The notes under the pieces were generated by a model. It was not told the origin of the DNA and made no database searches. It saw only the letters and a list, made by a program, of their open reading frames with translations. A DNA stretch of 59,659 bases, filler included. It is 8 parts of 8 records of this genome, joined end to end, with 100 filler letters (N's around TTAATTAATTAA, not from the genome) between each part and the next. Parts side by side here need not be neighbours in the genome. Positions count along the whole stretch, not along the records: positions 15,054 to 20,696 come from SRR31147125_15683; positions 20,797 to 27,089 come from SRR31147125_15689; positions 27,190 to 33,836 come from SRR31147125_15701; 5 more parts are not named here. The stretch is one strand, 5' to 3'. Shown here in pieces: positions 19,637 to 28,913 of this stretch. Numbering within the stretch: the stretch's first letter is position 1; the number at the start of each line of letters is the position of its first letter. Made by a program: the position numbers and the translations under genes.

Positions 19637-20674
19637 ATGATAAAGACACTGCTTGATTTAAGCATGGATGAGCTAAAAGAAGAAATCGCAAAAGTAGATA
19701 ATAGTAAGTTCAGATATAAGCAAATTTATAGTTGGCTTCAAAAGGGAGCTAGCTTTGATGAGATGAGTAATATTCCTAAAAACTTAAGGAATATTTTAAA
19801 GGAAAATTACATAACGGGGCATGCTGAGATTTATACAAAGCTGGTATCTGATATTGATGGTACTATAAAATATCTATTTAAGTTTCATGATGGAGTTTTA
19901 GTAGAAGGCGTATTAATGCCTTATGATTATGGTAATACATTTTGTATGTCAACTCAAGCAGGCTGCAATATGGCATGCAGGTTCTGCGCCTCGGCAATAG
20001 ATAATAAAGCCAGGGACTTGTCAGATGGAGAAATGCTGGCACAGGCTATAGCTGTAGTAAAGGATATAGGAGGCGAGCGTCCTATAAATAATATTGTGTT
20101 AATGGGGTCTGGTGAAGCTTTTGATAATTATGATAATACACTAAGGTTTCTTCGAAGAATAAATAGCGAAGACTCATTGAATATAGGCTACAGATCCATA
20201 TCACTATCTACTTGTGGACTAGTAGACAGAATGTATGATTTTACAAAAGAAAACATTCCTGTTACTATGTGCATATCATTGCATGCAGGAAACGATGAGA
20301 CTAGAAAAGAAATCATGCCTATTGCAAATAAATATTCTATTAAAGAGACTATAAAAGCTGCAAAAGAATATTTTGATGTTACAGGAAGGCGAATAATAAT
20401 AGAGTATGTATTGATTGCCGGCGTTAATGATGATAGAAAGAATGCACAGGATTTAGCAAAAGTAATAAGAGGGCTTAACTGTAATGTTAATATAATTAGA
20501 TTAAATGCTGGTAGAGAGGGATTTTTGCCTACCGATAAAAAGGCAATGAATGGCTTTTTGAAAACTTTGCAGGAGGGCAAAGTAAAAGCTGTTTTAAGAA
20601 GAAACATGGGGTCAGACATTAATGGAGCATGTGGACAATTAAGACATAAAGTAATAATAGGGGAAGATAAATGA
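19637..20674 (+). CDS. rlmN: 23S rRNA m2A2503 radical-SAM methyltransferase
   Basis: STQAGCNMACRFCAS, MGSGE, SLHA, ACGQL. Confidence 0.96.
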   Translation: MIKTLLDLSMDELKEEIAKVDNSKFRYKQIYSWLQKGASFDEMSNIPKNLRNILKENYITGHAEIYTKLVSDIDGTIKYLFKFHDGVLVEGVLMPYDYGNTFCMSTQAGCNMACRFCASAIDNKARDLSDGEMLAQAIAVVKDIGGERPINNIVLMGSGEAFDNYDNTLRFLRRINSEDSLNIGYRSISLSTCGLVDRMYDFTKENIPVTMCISLHAGNDETRKEIMPIANKYSIKETIKAAKEYFDVTGRRIIIEYVLIAGVNDDRKNAQDLAKVIRGLNCNVNIIRLNAGREGFLPTDKKAMNGFLKTLQEGKVKAVLRRNMGSDINGACGQLRHKVIIGEDK

Positions 20675-20796
20675 TATTTAGAAAGTCCAGAAAAAANNNN
20701 NNNNNNNNNNNNNNNNNNNNNNNNNNNNNNNNNNNNNNNNTTAATTAATTAANNNNNNNNNNNNNNNNNNNNNNNNNNNNNNNNNNNNNNNNNNNN

Positions 20797-20880
20797 TCAC
20801 CCCTAAATCCCCTAAAGGGGACTTTTCACATTTGTAAGCAAATGCGTTTTGGACTTAGCCCCCTTTAGGGGGTTGGGGGT
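20797..20880. repeat. Bacteroidota-type extragenic palindromic repeat
   Basis: cccctaaatcccctaaagggg...ccccctttagggggttgggg nested inverted repeats at the contig start. Confidence 0.7.
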
Positions 20881-20881
20881 G

Positions 20882-22156
20882 TCAAATTGTCCACGGTGCG
20901 CGCATTGGCTGATTAATCAAACGGTTAGCACCTTCATCGTCAATAAACTCAAGTTTATCCGGATCGAAGTTTAGTGTGCGCCCCAAACGAACGGCAATAA
21001 TTCCAAGGTTTACCAAGGTTGCCGAGCGGAATCCATTTATTTCGTTCAATGCGAATTTTTTGCGTGTTTTTACCGATTCTGAGAATATTCCAATTTGTGG
21101 TTCAGGCTCAGGCAATGTTTTAATAAAGCTTTGCAGGTTCGGAATATCAGACTTAAATCCCTGGTAGATTTTACCATTTGGACCTTCGATGTAAGCTGCA
21201 TCTTTATCTTTATTTTCGCCATCTAAAATAACCTGGCAACCATCGGCATAAGTATAAGTTACGCGTCGCCAGCTACCCACTGCGTCGTAATGTTGCTGAG
21301 GTGCATCAACTTCAATTTTTACCGGGCTGGTATTGTCTTTCCCCAACATATATTGAACCGGGTCGAGGTAGTGTTGTCCCATGTCGCCAAGGCCGCCACC
21401 ATCGTAATCCCAGTATCCACGGAAGTTAGAATGAACACGGTGTGGATGATAAGGTTTGTGCGGCGCAGGTCCTAACCACATATCGTAATTTAAGTTTTTA
21501 GGAATTGCTTGTGGAGTTAGATTATGTTTTCCACTCCAGAAAAATTTCCAGTTGTAGCCGGTAATTCCGCTAACAGTAACTTTTAATGGCCAACCTAAAA
21601 TGCCACTGTCAATCACTTTTTTAAGTGGTTTTACATCGGTTCCCAAGCCGTAGAAATTATCTTTAAAACGGAACCAGGTATTCAAACGAAACATCCGGCC
21701 GTGAGCATTTACAGCTTCTACAACTTTTTTACCTTCGCCAATGGTGCGGGTCATTGGTTTTTCGCACCAAATATCTTTTCCGGCTTTGGCAGCTTCAACA
21801 GCCATAATTCCGTGCCAGTGTGGTGGCGTAGCAATGTGTACAATGTCAACTTCGGGCAATTGGCACACTTCTCTGAAATCGTCGAAATGTTTCACTTTGT
21901 AGTCAATCATACTTTGTGCCTTTTCCAGATGCAGTTTATCTACATCGCAAATGGCAACTACTTTTGTGCCTTCGTATGGAATATGACCGCGGCCCATTCC
22001 GCCAACTCCGATAATGGCTTTTGTTAATGTGTCGGATGGTGCAAGAAAACCGTTGCCTCCCAAAACGTGACGCGGAACTATCATCATTCCGGCTCCGGCT
22101 GCGAGGGCGCTTTTTAAGAATTTTCTCCTGTTAGTTGTTGCTTGATTTTTGTTCAT
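20882..22156 (-). CDS. Tat-exported Gfo/Idh/MocA oxidoreductase
   Basis: NRRKFLK twin-Arg, IGVGGMG, ATPPHWH, CEKPM, GLGDMGQHY. Confidence 0.92.
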   Translation of the reverse strand: MNKNQATTNRRKFLKSALAAGAGMMIVPRHVLGGNGFLAPSDTLTKAIIGVGGMGRGHIPYEGTKVVAICDVDKLHLEKAQSMIDYKVKHFDDFREVCQLPEVDIVHIATPPHWHGIMAVEAAKAGKDIWCEKPMTRTIGEGKKVVEAVNAHGRMFRLNTWFRFKDNFYGLGTDVKPLKKVIDSGILGWPLKVTVSGITGYNWKFFWSGKHNLTPQAIPKNLNYDMWLGPAPHKPYHPHRVHSNFRGYWDYDGGGLGDMGQHYLDPVQYMLGKDNTSPVKIEVDAPQQHYDAVGSWRRVTYTYADGCQVILDGENKDKDAAYIEGPNGKIYQGFKSDIPNLQSFIKTLPEPEPQIGIFSESVKTRKKFALNEINGFRSATLVNLGIIAVRLGRTLNFDPDKLEFIDDEGANRLINQPMRAPWTI

Positions 22157-22240
22157 CAGCTTTATGATTTAAGTTTCTTTTTATTGAAATAGTTTTTGTT
22201 GTTAATCGCACGAATATGTAAAATCACAGGTCAAAATTGA

Positions 22241-22261
22241 GGGTAACAACAGGGGTAACAA
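22241..22261. promoter_or_regulatory. Direct repeat GGGTAACAA x2 (12-bp period), candidate operator
   Basis: gggtaacaa-cag-gggtaacaa lies between the regulator and oxidoreductase genes. Confidence 0.4.
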
Positions 22262-22357
22262 GTAGAAAAATACGAAAAATATTCGATATAAATTGTTGAA
22301 AAACAAGCGTAAATAAAAAAGTGGGTGATGAAAGAAATTATAAGCAGTAGTTGAATT

Positions 22358-24736
22358 TTACTCTATTAAATCGGAAAAAGATTTACCGAAAGGTTGCGCA
22401 TAGCATTGTTGATACACCTTTTCGAAGTGTTCGAGGCTTTCGTGAGCCTGGGTGTTTTTACCCAATTTCACAAGTGCTTTAATGTTGTGTTCCAAAACTG
22501 TTTCGTTAAGCGGATCGAAAATCAATAAAGCACGCGACAGACGAATTATCCATTCGGTTTCCTGCACAAAATTATCGTTTGCAAAGAGTGGTAAAAAGAT
22601 ATCGAGCAACTCGTCAGATATTTTACTTTTGAAATCGTCCAACCACTCATCGTCCATATTCGGAAGCAGCGTTCCTTTTTCAATAATGGAAAGTAAGCTT
22701 GCCAACAAGTTAAAATCTACATTATCTTGCTGAGATTGTTTAAACTCTTCAAGTAAATTATAATAGTCAGCCAAATCGCAATATACTTCTCCGTCGAGCT
22801 CAATTATCCATTTTTTATCGGAGTATGCAATGCTTATTCCACTGTTTTGGGCAAGCGTTTCGCGTATACGCTGAACCTGTGTACTGCGGTTGTTTTTTGC
22901 ACTTTCGGGCGAATAACCTGCCCACAAATGATTGGTAAGCTGTTTCGAACTAATTCCTTTTCTCCGTAAAGTTTCAATAAGCACAAGTATAAAAATTTGC
23001 TTTCTGCGTGGCGAAAAGTACGAGGTTAAATCGTTCTTGTCGCAGTTCGTAATTTTGAAACCGCCAAACAGTTCAATAGCAGGCCCCTTAATTTGGCGTT
23101 GTTGGCTACCATGTGAATTGTTTTTTGTAATGTTTTTAGCCACCGGTTTTTTATTCTGTTTTCTCTTCTTTCTAAAAAGGATAAAAAGAAAGCAAACAAG
23201 TGCGACTAATATTATAGCACTCCAAACAAAAATCCGCGAAGGAAATTGTTTCGTTTCTTCAATTCCCTGTTCGTATAAATGCTTCACCTCTTCTTCGCTC
23301 AGGTTTCGGTTCCAAATTATCAGGTCGTCCATTTTGCCTTTAAACGACTCGTCCCAAAGGTTTGTGCCCACCAGCAGCGAGTGTTCGGTCGGTTCAATTC
23401 TTTCGGCTTCTTGTGCTTCTGCCAAACACCCGTTTTTGTAAAATTTTACAGTCTCGCCACTCGAAATTACATAGGTAAGATGTTGCCATTGGTTACAAAT
23501 TATTAATGCCGAGTCTGTTGCATGGTCTTTAATTCCGGGCGAAGTAAAAAGCATATTGCCATCTCTAAATTTTATCGAGAGGGCTTCTCCTTTTCCAATA
23601 ATACTTCTATTGCCAACCGTTTCGGTAGGATTTACCCACACGCTAACCGTAAAGTTCTCGTTAAAAACAATTTCGGTATCAAAATCAATATAATTATCGC
23701 GGCCATTAAAAACTGCGCACCAACCTCTCGTCGGGTCCTTTTGATAATCGACATTACTATAAGGGATTTCGGTGTTTTCTGCGGCCAGGTTATCAGTACT
23801 TTCGTCGAAAGCAAGGTGAAGCACCATTCCATCTTTAAAGTTTTTGGGGCGGGCAAAAAATATTTTGGTGCTTTCTGATGTGTGGTTATTAAAATTAAAA
23901 ACGTCGGGCGAAAAATGAAATCCGTCTTTGTAGGGACTTAATCCAATTTCAGTTGTATGAATTTTCCCAAAAGAAGTCATAAGTGGCATCTCTTTCCATC
24001 TTATTCCATTGAGAGGCTTATTATTGTATTCTACGGTTGCCGAATACCACCTTTGTTGCGAAATTTTTTTATGGTATGCCGAAAATACATCTTTGTGTTT
24101 TGTAACGAAGAAATTGGGTAGTTTTCCCGTGTACGAATTAAAGAGTTGAGGAAGCAATTCGGGGTGTTGTTTCAGTGTATCGGAAAGGTTGGGGATTATA
24201 TGGTCAATCTTAAAAATTACCAAGCCGTTTGCAGGATTGCTGCCAAAACCACTTTTTATTTCTGAAGGAAAACCGGCAGGAACTTTATACTCGCAAATAT
24301 AATTTTCGATTGGAAAAGTAAAGGATGTTTTTCCCGGCATAAAAATAAAGAAACGTTTCCCCTGTTTTTTACATTCTTTAAGGTTGTGAACTGAATGTTC
24401 TCCGGGGATGGACAGAAACTTATTAATGGGATGGCCTTCAATTTTTTCGGATAAAACAGAATTTTTTTGCTTTAAAATGAAGGTGACAAATTCATCCTCG
24501 TTTTTAGCAAGAAAACTATCGGTTTCATTAAGAATTTTATTGATTGGAGCTTCGGGAGAAATAATGAATGCACGGTAACCGTCATTCAGATATTGCTGAA
24601 TGTTGCTATTGGTTTCACAACTCAGAAATACATAATCATCTAAACTGTTTTTTCCTGCGGCTGCAATTGCGAGCATCTGAAAAAATAGCGTGCATGAGAG
24701 GATATATAATAGTTTCGAATTGTGAAAACTTCGCAT
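22358..24736 (-). CDS. Membrane-spanning one-component regulator (periplasmic domain + LamG + TM + wHTH/BTAD-like)
   Basis: Signal peptide; LamG (FNGRDNYI, FTVSVWVNP, WQHL, FKGKMDDLIIWNRNLS); TM; ELFGGF...LTNHLW...CDLADY...WLDDFK...DPLNE. Confidence 0.8.
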   Translation of the reverse strand: MRSFHNSKLLYILSCTLFFQMLAIAAAGKNSLDDYVFLSCETNSNIQQYLNDGYRAFIISPEAPINKILNETDSFLAKNEDEFVTFILKQKNSVLSEKIEGHPINKFLSIPGEHSVHNLKECKKQGKRFFIFMPGKTSFTFPIENYICEYKVPAGFPSEIKSGFGSNPANGLVIFKIDHIIPNLSDTLKQHPELLPQLFNSYTGKLPNFFVTKHKDVFSAYHKKISQQRWYSATVEYNNKPLNGIRWKEMPLMTSFGKIHTTEIGLSPYKDGFHFSPDVFNFNNHTSESTKIFFARPKNFKDGMVLHLAFDESTDNLAAENTEIPYSNVDYQKDPTRGWCAVFNGRDNYIDFDTEIVFNENFTVSVWVNPTETVGNRSIIGKGEALSIKFRDGNMLFTSPGIKDHATDSALIICNQWQHLTYVISSGETVKFYKNGCLAEAQEAERIEPTEHSLLVGTNLWDESFKGKMDDLIIWNRNLSEEEVKHLYEQGIEETKQFPSRIFVWSAIILVALVCFLFILFRKKRKQNKKPVAKNITKNNSHGSQQRQIKGPAIELFGGFKITNCDKNDLTSYFSPRRKQIFILVLIETLRRKGISSKQLTNHLWAGYSPESAKNNRSTQVQRIRETLAQNSGISIAYSDKKWIIELDGEVYCDLADYYNLLEEFKQSQQDNVDFNLLASLLSIIEKGTLLPNMDDEWLDDFKSKISDELLDIFLPLFANDNFVQETEWIIRLSRALLIFDPLNETVLEHNIKALVKLGKNTQAHESLEHFEKVYQQCYAQPFGKSFSDLIE

Positions 24737-24931
24737 AAAACAAAAATATAAAAAAGACTATTACTTGTGCGAGTGATGTGATAAACTTGGCGTAAAACAG
24801 TTTTTTTATGAATGTTTTTTGCCTCTAAAAAATAATTGGGAATAAGTTGTTGAAAACTATCGTTTTTCAGATAAACGAAGGGCGATTTCATTTTCTATCT
24901 TTAGAACAATCATAATCTAAACTTATTTTTA

Positions 24932-25819
24932 ATGAAAAATATCCCTGTAATTACCGTTTCCGGAAAGTCGCTGGCCGAAACTTATGAAGCCGCCTTAATT
25001 AATTTATACGAAAAGGGCACAAGGTTTAAAACCCAGTACGACAAACCCGGCGATCCGCTGAGTATTGATTGTACCATGAACATGACCATTCAAGAACCGG
25101 AAACCGATCCGATGATTCATATGGCATTTCCGGGCGGAATTGAAGATTTGAAGGAATATGTGCTGGAATTGAAAGGCTACAAAGACCACTGGGTGAAAAA
25201 TATAAACGATGAAAACGATACCCGTTGGGAATATACCTACCACGGACGTATAAAAAATTATGGAGTTTGGAAAGATTTGGTTGATGGTACTTCTACCGAA
25301 GTGGGTCCGTTTAAAGTTGACCAAATTGAAAATGTAATTAATAAACTTTCGGAACAACCATTTACGCGCCAGGCACAAATGATTACCTGGATGCCCAACC
25401 TCGATTTAACTTGTTACGACCCGCCGTGTTTGCAATCGCTTTGGTATCGCATTTTGGAGGACGAAGACGGAGTTTACTGGCTAAATTGCAATATTCGTTT
25501 CCGCAGTAACGATGCCTGGGGAGCCAGTTTTATGAATATGTTTGGTTTTATCCAATTCAACAAAGAAATAATTGCTGCCGGTGTTGCTGAGAAAACTGGT
25601 AAAACCGTAAAATTAGGACGATTAAACTGGCAGGCCGATTCGTATCATATTTACGGGAAAGATATTCTGGCAGCAAAAGAACGCTTGTTCGACAGGGTAA
25701 ATGATATGGCTTTCGAAGAACGAACCATGCCATTTAACGATCCGTTTATTCGCGAAATGTACGATAATGCGGAACCTGTAATTATTAATAAAATTAAGGA
25801 GCACGATTCACGACGCTAA
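24932..25819 (+). CDS. thyA: Thymidylate synthase, archaeal-type
   Basis: YTYHGR, TRQAQMITW, PPCLQ (catalytic Cys), FRSNDAWGASFMN (dUMP-type Asn), DSYHIY. Confidence 0.8.
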   Translation: MKNIPVITVSGKSLAETYEAALINLYEKGTRFKTQYDKPGDPLSIDCTMNMTIQEPETDPMIHMAFPGGIEDLKEYVLELKGYKDHWVKNINDENDTRWEYTYHGRIKNYGVWKDLVDGTSTEVGPFKVDQIENVINKLSEQPFTRQAQMITWMPNLDLTCYDPPCLQSLWYRILEDEDGVYWLNCNIRFRSNDAWGASFMNMFGFIQFNKEIIAAGVAEKTGKTVKLGRLNWQADSYHIYGKDILAAKERLFDRVNDMAFEERTMPFNDPFIREMYDNAEPVIINKIKEHDSRR

Positions 25820-25840
25820 TTAGTTGGTAGTCTCTGTTTT

Positions 25841-25885
25841 AAATATTCACCGGCTGACTTTTAGTTCACTCGGTGAATATTTTTT
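25841..25885 (+). terminator. Intrinsic terminator
   Basis: aaatattcaccg...cggtgaatattttt. Confidence 0.65.
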
Positions 25886-25894
25886 GAGTTTATT

Positions 25895-25988
25895 AAGTCG
25901 TCACCCCACTATGTGCTGAAAGTGATAGTGGGGTGACGACTATTTACAACTAATTATAAAGCCTAATAAATCTCATTAAATTTCCATT
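25895..25988. repeat. Direct repeat copy 1 (palindrome + degenerate lipB 3' end)
   Basis: Aligns by eye to 26707-26801 with 12 differences in 96 columns. Confidence 0.85.
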
Positions 25989-26030
25989 TGGCGAATATTT
26001 AAGTTTAAATCTTAATAATATTTTTCGAAA

Positions 26031-26062
26031 TTGTACGTATATTTGTACAAGAAAATGTACAA
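26031..26062 (+). promoter_or_regulatory. YefM-YoeB autoregulatory operator
   Basis: Three TGTAC cores (two full TGTACA) upstream of yefM; TGTACA is the known yefM operator core. Confidence 0.6.
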
Positions 26063-26076
26063 AAAAGTAGATTGGT

Positions 26077-26328
26077 ATGTTAGCAACAACAATTTCAGAA
26101 TTCAGAAAGAATATCAAGCATTATCTCGATTCTGTTACAGAGAATTTTGAGACATTGATAATTAATCGTGGGAAAGATTCTGGAGTAGTAGTTATTTCTC
26201 TGGATGAATACAACTCATTAACTTCAACTCAACACGAATTATCATCAAAGAATAATGAAGCCAGATTGGATTCAGCTATCGATAAATTGAAAAAAGGTTC
26301 ATCTTTTCAAAAAGATCTACTTAATTAA
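26077..26328 (+). CDS. yefM: Phd/YefM antitoxin
   Basis: TISEFRKNIKHYLDSV..N.ETLIINRG...VVISLDEYNSL. Confidence 0.93.
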   Translation: MLATTISEFRKNIKHYLDSVTENFETLIINRGKDSGVVVISLDEYNSLTSTQHELSSKNNEARLDSAIDKLKKGSSFQKDLLN

Positions 26329-26404
26329 CGATATAAGCATCGCAAATTTTCCATTTAGGAAGATGATTTAGAGAGTCTTCACTTAGGTAAACAATGCAAA
26401 ATTT

Positions 26405-26662
26405 ATGAGATACATATTTGTTGATGAGTCGTGGGAAGACTACTTGTATTGGCAAAAAACCAACAAAAAGTATGTGAAAAGAATAAATGATCTGCTTAAA
26501 GATATTTCCAGAACTCCATTTACCGGAATAGGGAAACCTGAACCTTTAAAACATAAATATAAAGGATTTTGGTCGCGCAGAATTGACAACGAACACAGGT
26601 TAATTTATGCAGTTAAAGATGATGAAATTTTAATTGCAAAATGTAGATTTCATTACGACTGA
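26405..26662 (+). CDS. yoeB: Txe/YoeB toxin
   Basis: WEDYLYWQ, GIGKPEPLKH, WSRRIDNEHRLIY, CRFHY. Confidence 0.96.
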   Translation: MRYIFVDESWEDYLYWQKTNKKYVKRINDLLKDISRTPFTGIGKPEPLKHKYKGFWSRRIDNEHRLIYAVKDDEILIAKCRFHYD

Positions 26663-26706
26663 AGATGTGTAGCCGTTGATTTATAAGTGTTTTTTCTCGT
26701 GCCTTC

Positions 26707-26801
26707 AAGTCGTCACCCCACTATTTGCTGAAACTTATAGTGGGGTGACGACTTTTTACGACTATTTATAGGGCTAATAAATCCCATTAAACTTTTCCAT
26801 T
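26707..26801. repeat. Direct repeat copy 2 (palindrome agtcgtcaccccactat...atagtggggtgacgact + true lipB 3' end)
   Basis: 17-bp perfect stem; overlaps the last codons of lipB. Confidence 0.85.
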
Positions 26802-27089
26802 GCAATTTTCTTCACCTCTTCCATCGAAATTTCTTTCCCTAATTCTTGCTGAATAGAAGTAACATCTGACGAAGAAAAACCACAAGGATTAATGTAGTTG
26901 TAGTAGCGCATGTCGGTATTTACATTCAGCGCAAAACCATGCATGGTAACATAGCGGCTAACACGAACTCCAATGGCACAAATTTTTCGGGCGCGCACTT
27001 TGTGGTCGGCTTGTAACCAAACTCCGGTAGCACCTTCTTTTCTTCCACCTTCCAATCCATATTCGGCAATGGTTGCAATAATGGCATCT
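26774..27089 (-). CDS. lipB: Octanoyltransferase, 5' truncated
   Basis: TGVW, RKICAIGV, VTMHGFALNVN, INPCG. Confidence 0.95.
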
Positions 27090-27197
27090 NNNNNNNNNNN
27101 NNNNNNNNNNNNNNNNNNNNNNNNNNNNNNNNNTTAATTAATTAANNNNNNNNNNNNNNNNNNNNNNNNNNNNNNNNNNNNNNNNNNNNGCTGAACG

Positions 27198-27235
27198 CCC
27201 CCTCTCCATTCATGGAGAGAGGGATGGGGGTGAGG
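27198..27235. repeat. Extragenic palindromic repeat
   Basis: cccctctccattcatggagagagggatgggggtgagg at the contig start. Confidence 0.6.
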
Positions 27236-27311
27236 TTAATCAATAATCGTTGGCTCCCTTAGTATCTTCACATCAAAATCTTGAAATCCCCTTTGCCGTG
27301 AAAGAAGATAA

Positions 27312-28700
27312 TCAAGAGTGTTTCAACACCGCGACCGACTCAATATGAAACGTGTGGGGAAACATATCCACCGGTTGAACCTCAACAGCCTGATAAGCAG
27401 GCGCAAGCATGGCCAGATCCCTTGCAAGGGTCGCTGGATTGCAGGAAACATAGACAATCTTTTTCGGTGCCAGTGCAATCACTTGGGTCACCACATCTTT
27501 ATGCATGCCGGCTCGTGGCGGATCGATGATCATTACATCGCACCCGTCCACCACTTCCGGAAGTACATGGCGGATATCCCCCACATGAAATTGACAATTA
27601 TCAATGCCATTGAGCTGAGCGTTCCTCTTTGCATCCAGAACAGCGCTCTCCACAATCTCGATACCCGTCACCTGCCCGGCATCTTTGGAGAGCCAAATGG
27701 GAATGGTACCGGTTCCGGAATAAAGATCCAGCACATGTTCTGATCCGGTCAATCCGGCGTAATGGGAGACAAGCCCGTAAAGCGTCTCCGCCCCACGGGT
27801 GTTGGTCTGGAAAAATGAGTTGGCGGAAATTTCAAAGGTAAAGTCCCCCAGTTTTTCTCGAATGCAGCCCTCTCCTGCCAACAACTTTTCATATTCTCCC
27901 GTTGCAACCCCGGCCTTCCTGGCAGTCACATTGTTGACCACTGAAGCGACCATGGGAAACTTTTCCATTAGAGACTCTGCAAGGGGCATGAGCAGATCAT
28001 CGTTCTCTTCTTTTGTGACGATATTCACCATCCAGGTGCCGAAAGCCACTGAATTTCGAAGCATGACAAAGCGCCAGAAGCCCTCATGGCTTTTCAACCC
28101 GTATGCCGGTACGCCGGAGGCTTTGATATAGTGACGGACATGATCCAGAATCTCGTTTCCCGGCTCAGGATGGATCAGGCATGCGTCGATATCCATGACC
28201 TTGTCAAAGGTTCCCGGCACGTGAAGTCCCAGGCCAAAATCTTTTTGACACTCGGGATTCTCGAGCTCTTCAGGCGTCAGCCAGCGCCGATCGCTACAAG
28301 AGAACTCCATCTTGTTTCTGAAGCCGTAAATCTTCTCAGAAGGGAGCACATCCTTTACGTGGATTCCCTTCAGCAAGCCGATATGCTCCAAAGATTCCAC
28401 AACGTGGTTCTTTTTATATTTGAGCTGCTCATCATAAGGAAGCGGCTGCCAGCGGCACCCCCCGCAGTAGCGGGCATACTTACACGCTGCATTTTTGCGC
28501 AGCGGCGAGGGCTCGATCAGATCGATCAGTTTCCCTTCGGCATACCGCTTTTTCTTCTTTATAATCCTGACCAGTGCACGATCTCCGGGAACAGTGCGGT
28601 CCACAAACACCGGAAAACCGTCCGGTTTAGCAAGCCCTTTACCGCCAAAAGCAAGATCTACGATCTCCAGCTCTGCGGTTTTTCGTTTTTTTAAACTCAT
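27312..28700 (-). CDS. rlmD: 23S rRNA m5U1939 methyltransferase
   Basis: TRAM domain, CxxxxxCGGC, SFFQTN, DLYSGTG, DPPRAG, YVSCNPATLARD, DMFPHT. Confidence 0.95.
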   Translation of the reverse strand: MSLKKRKTAELEIVDLAFGGKGLAKPDGFPVFVDRTVPGDRALVRIIKKKKRYAEGKLIDLIEPSPLRKNAACKYARYCGGCRWQPLPYDEQLKYKKNHVVESLEHIGLLKGIHVKDVLPSEKIYGFRNKMEFSCSDRRWLTPEELENPECQKDFGLGLHVPGTFDKVMDIDACLIHPEPGNEILDHVRHYIKASGVPAYGLKSHEGFWRFVMLRNSVAFGTWMVNIVTKEENDDLLMPLAESLMEKFPMVASVVNNVTARKAGVATGEYEKLLAGEGCIREKLGDFTFEISANSFFQTNTRGAETLYGLVSHYAGLTGSEHVLDLYSGTGTIPIWLSKDAGQVTGIEIVESAVLDAKRNAQLNGIDNCQFHVGDIRHVLPEVVDGCDVMIIDPPRAGMHKDVVTQVIALAPKKIVYVSCNPATLARDLAMLAPAYQAVEVQPVDMFPHTFHIESVAVLKHS

Positions 28701-28913
28701 TCACCTTCTCACAGTAAACCAACGAATCAATGGATCCGTAGGCAATGGAATCATGGTCATGCCGATTTTCTTTTGACCACGATGTCTTTTACTCATTTGC
28801 TCGTTTGTTTATCCGCCCGATTTATGGCAGAAATAAAACTCGAATACAAAATATTTATCACCCTAACACAACAAAACTTGAAAGTTTATAATACGTATGC
28901 CATAAAAACAAGC

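Noticed and set aside
15054-20696. priA-def-fmt-rsmB-rlmN contig
   Set aside because: Standard conserved clostridial operon; nothing unusual.
24932-25819. Phage-type dCMP hydroxymethylase / DNA hypermodification locus
   Set aside because: Asn, not Asp, at the specificity position, and no phage or modification genes nearby.
25895-26801. Repeated palindromes as a CRISPR array or attC sites
   Set aside because: Only two copies ~810 bp apart, no spacer periodicity, no cas genes, and no AAC/GTT boxes or extrahelical bases.
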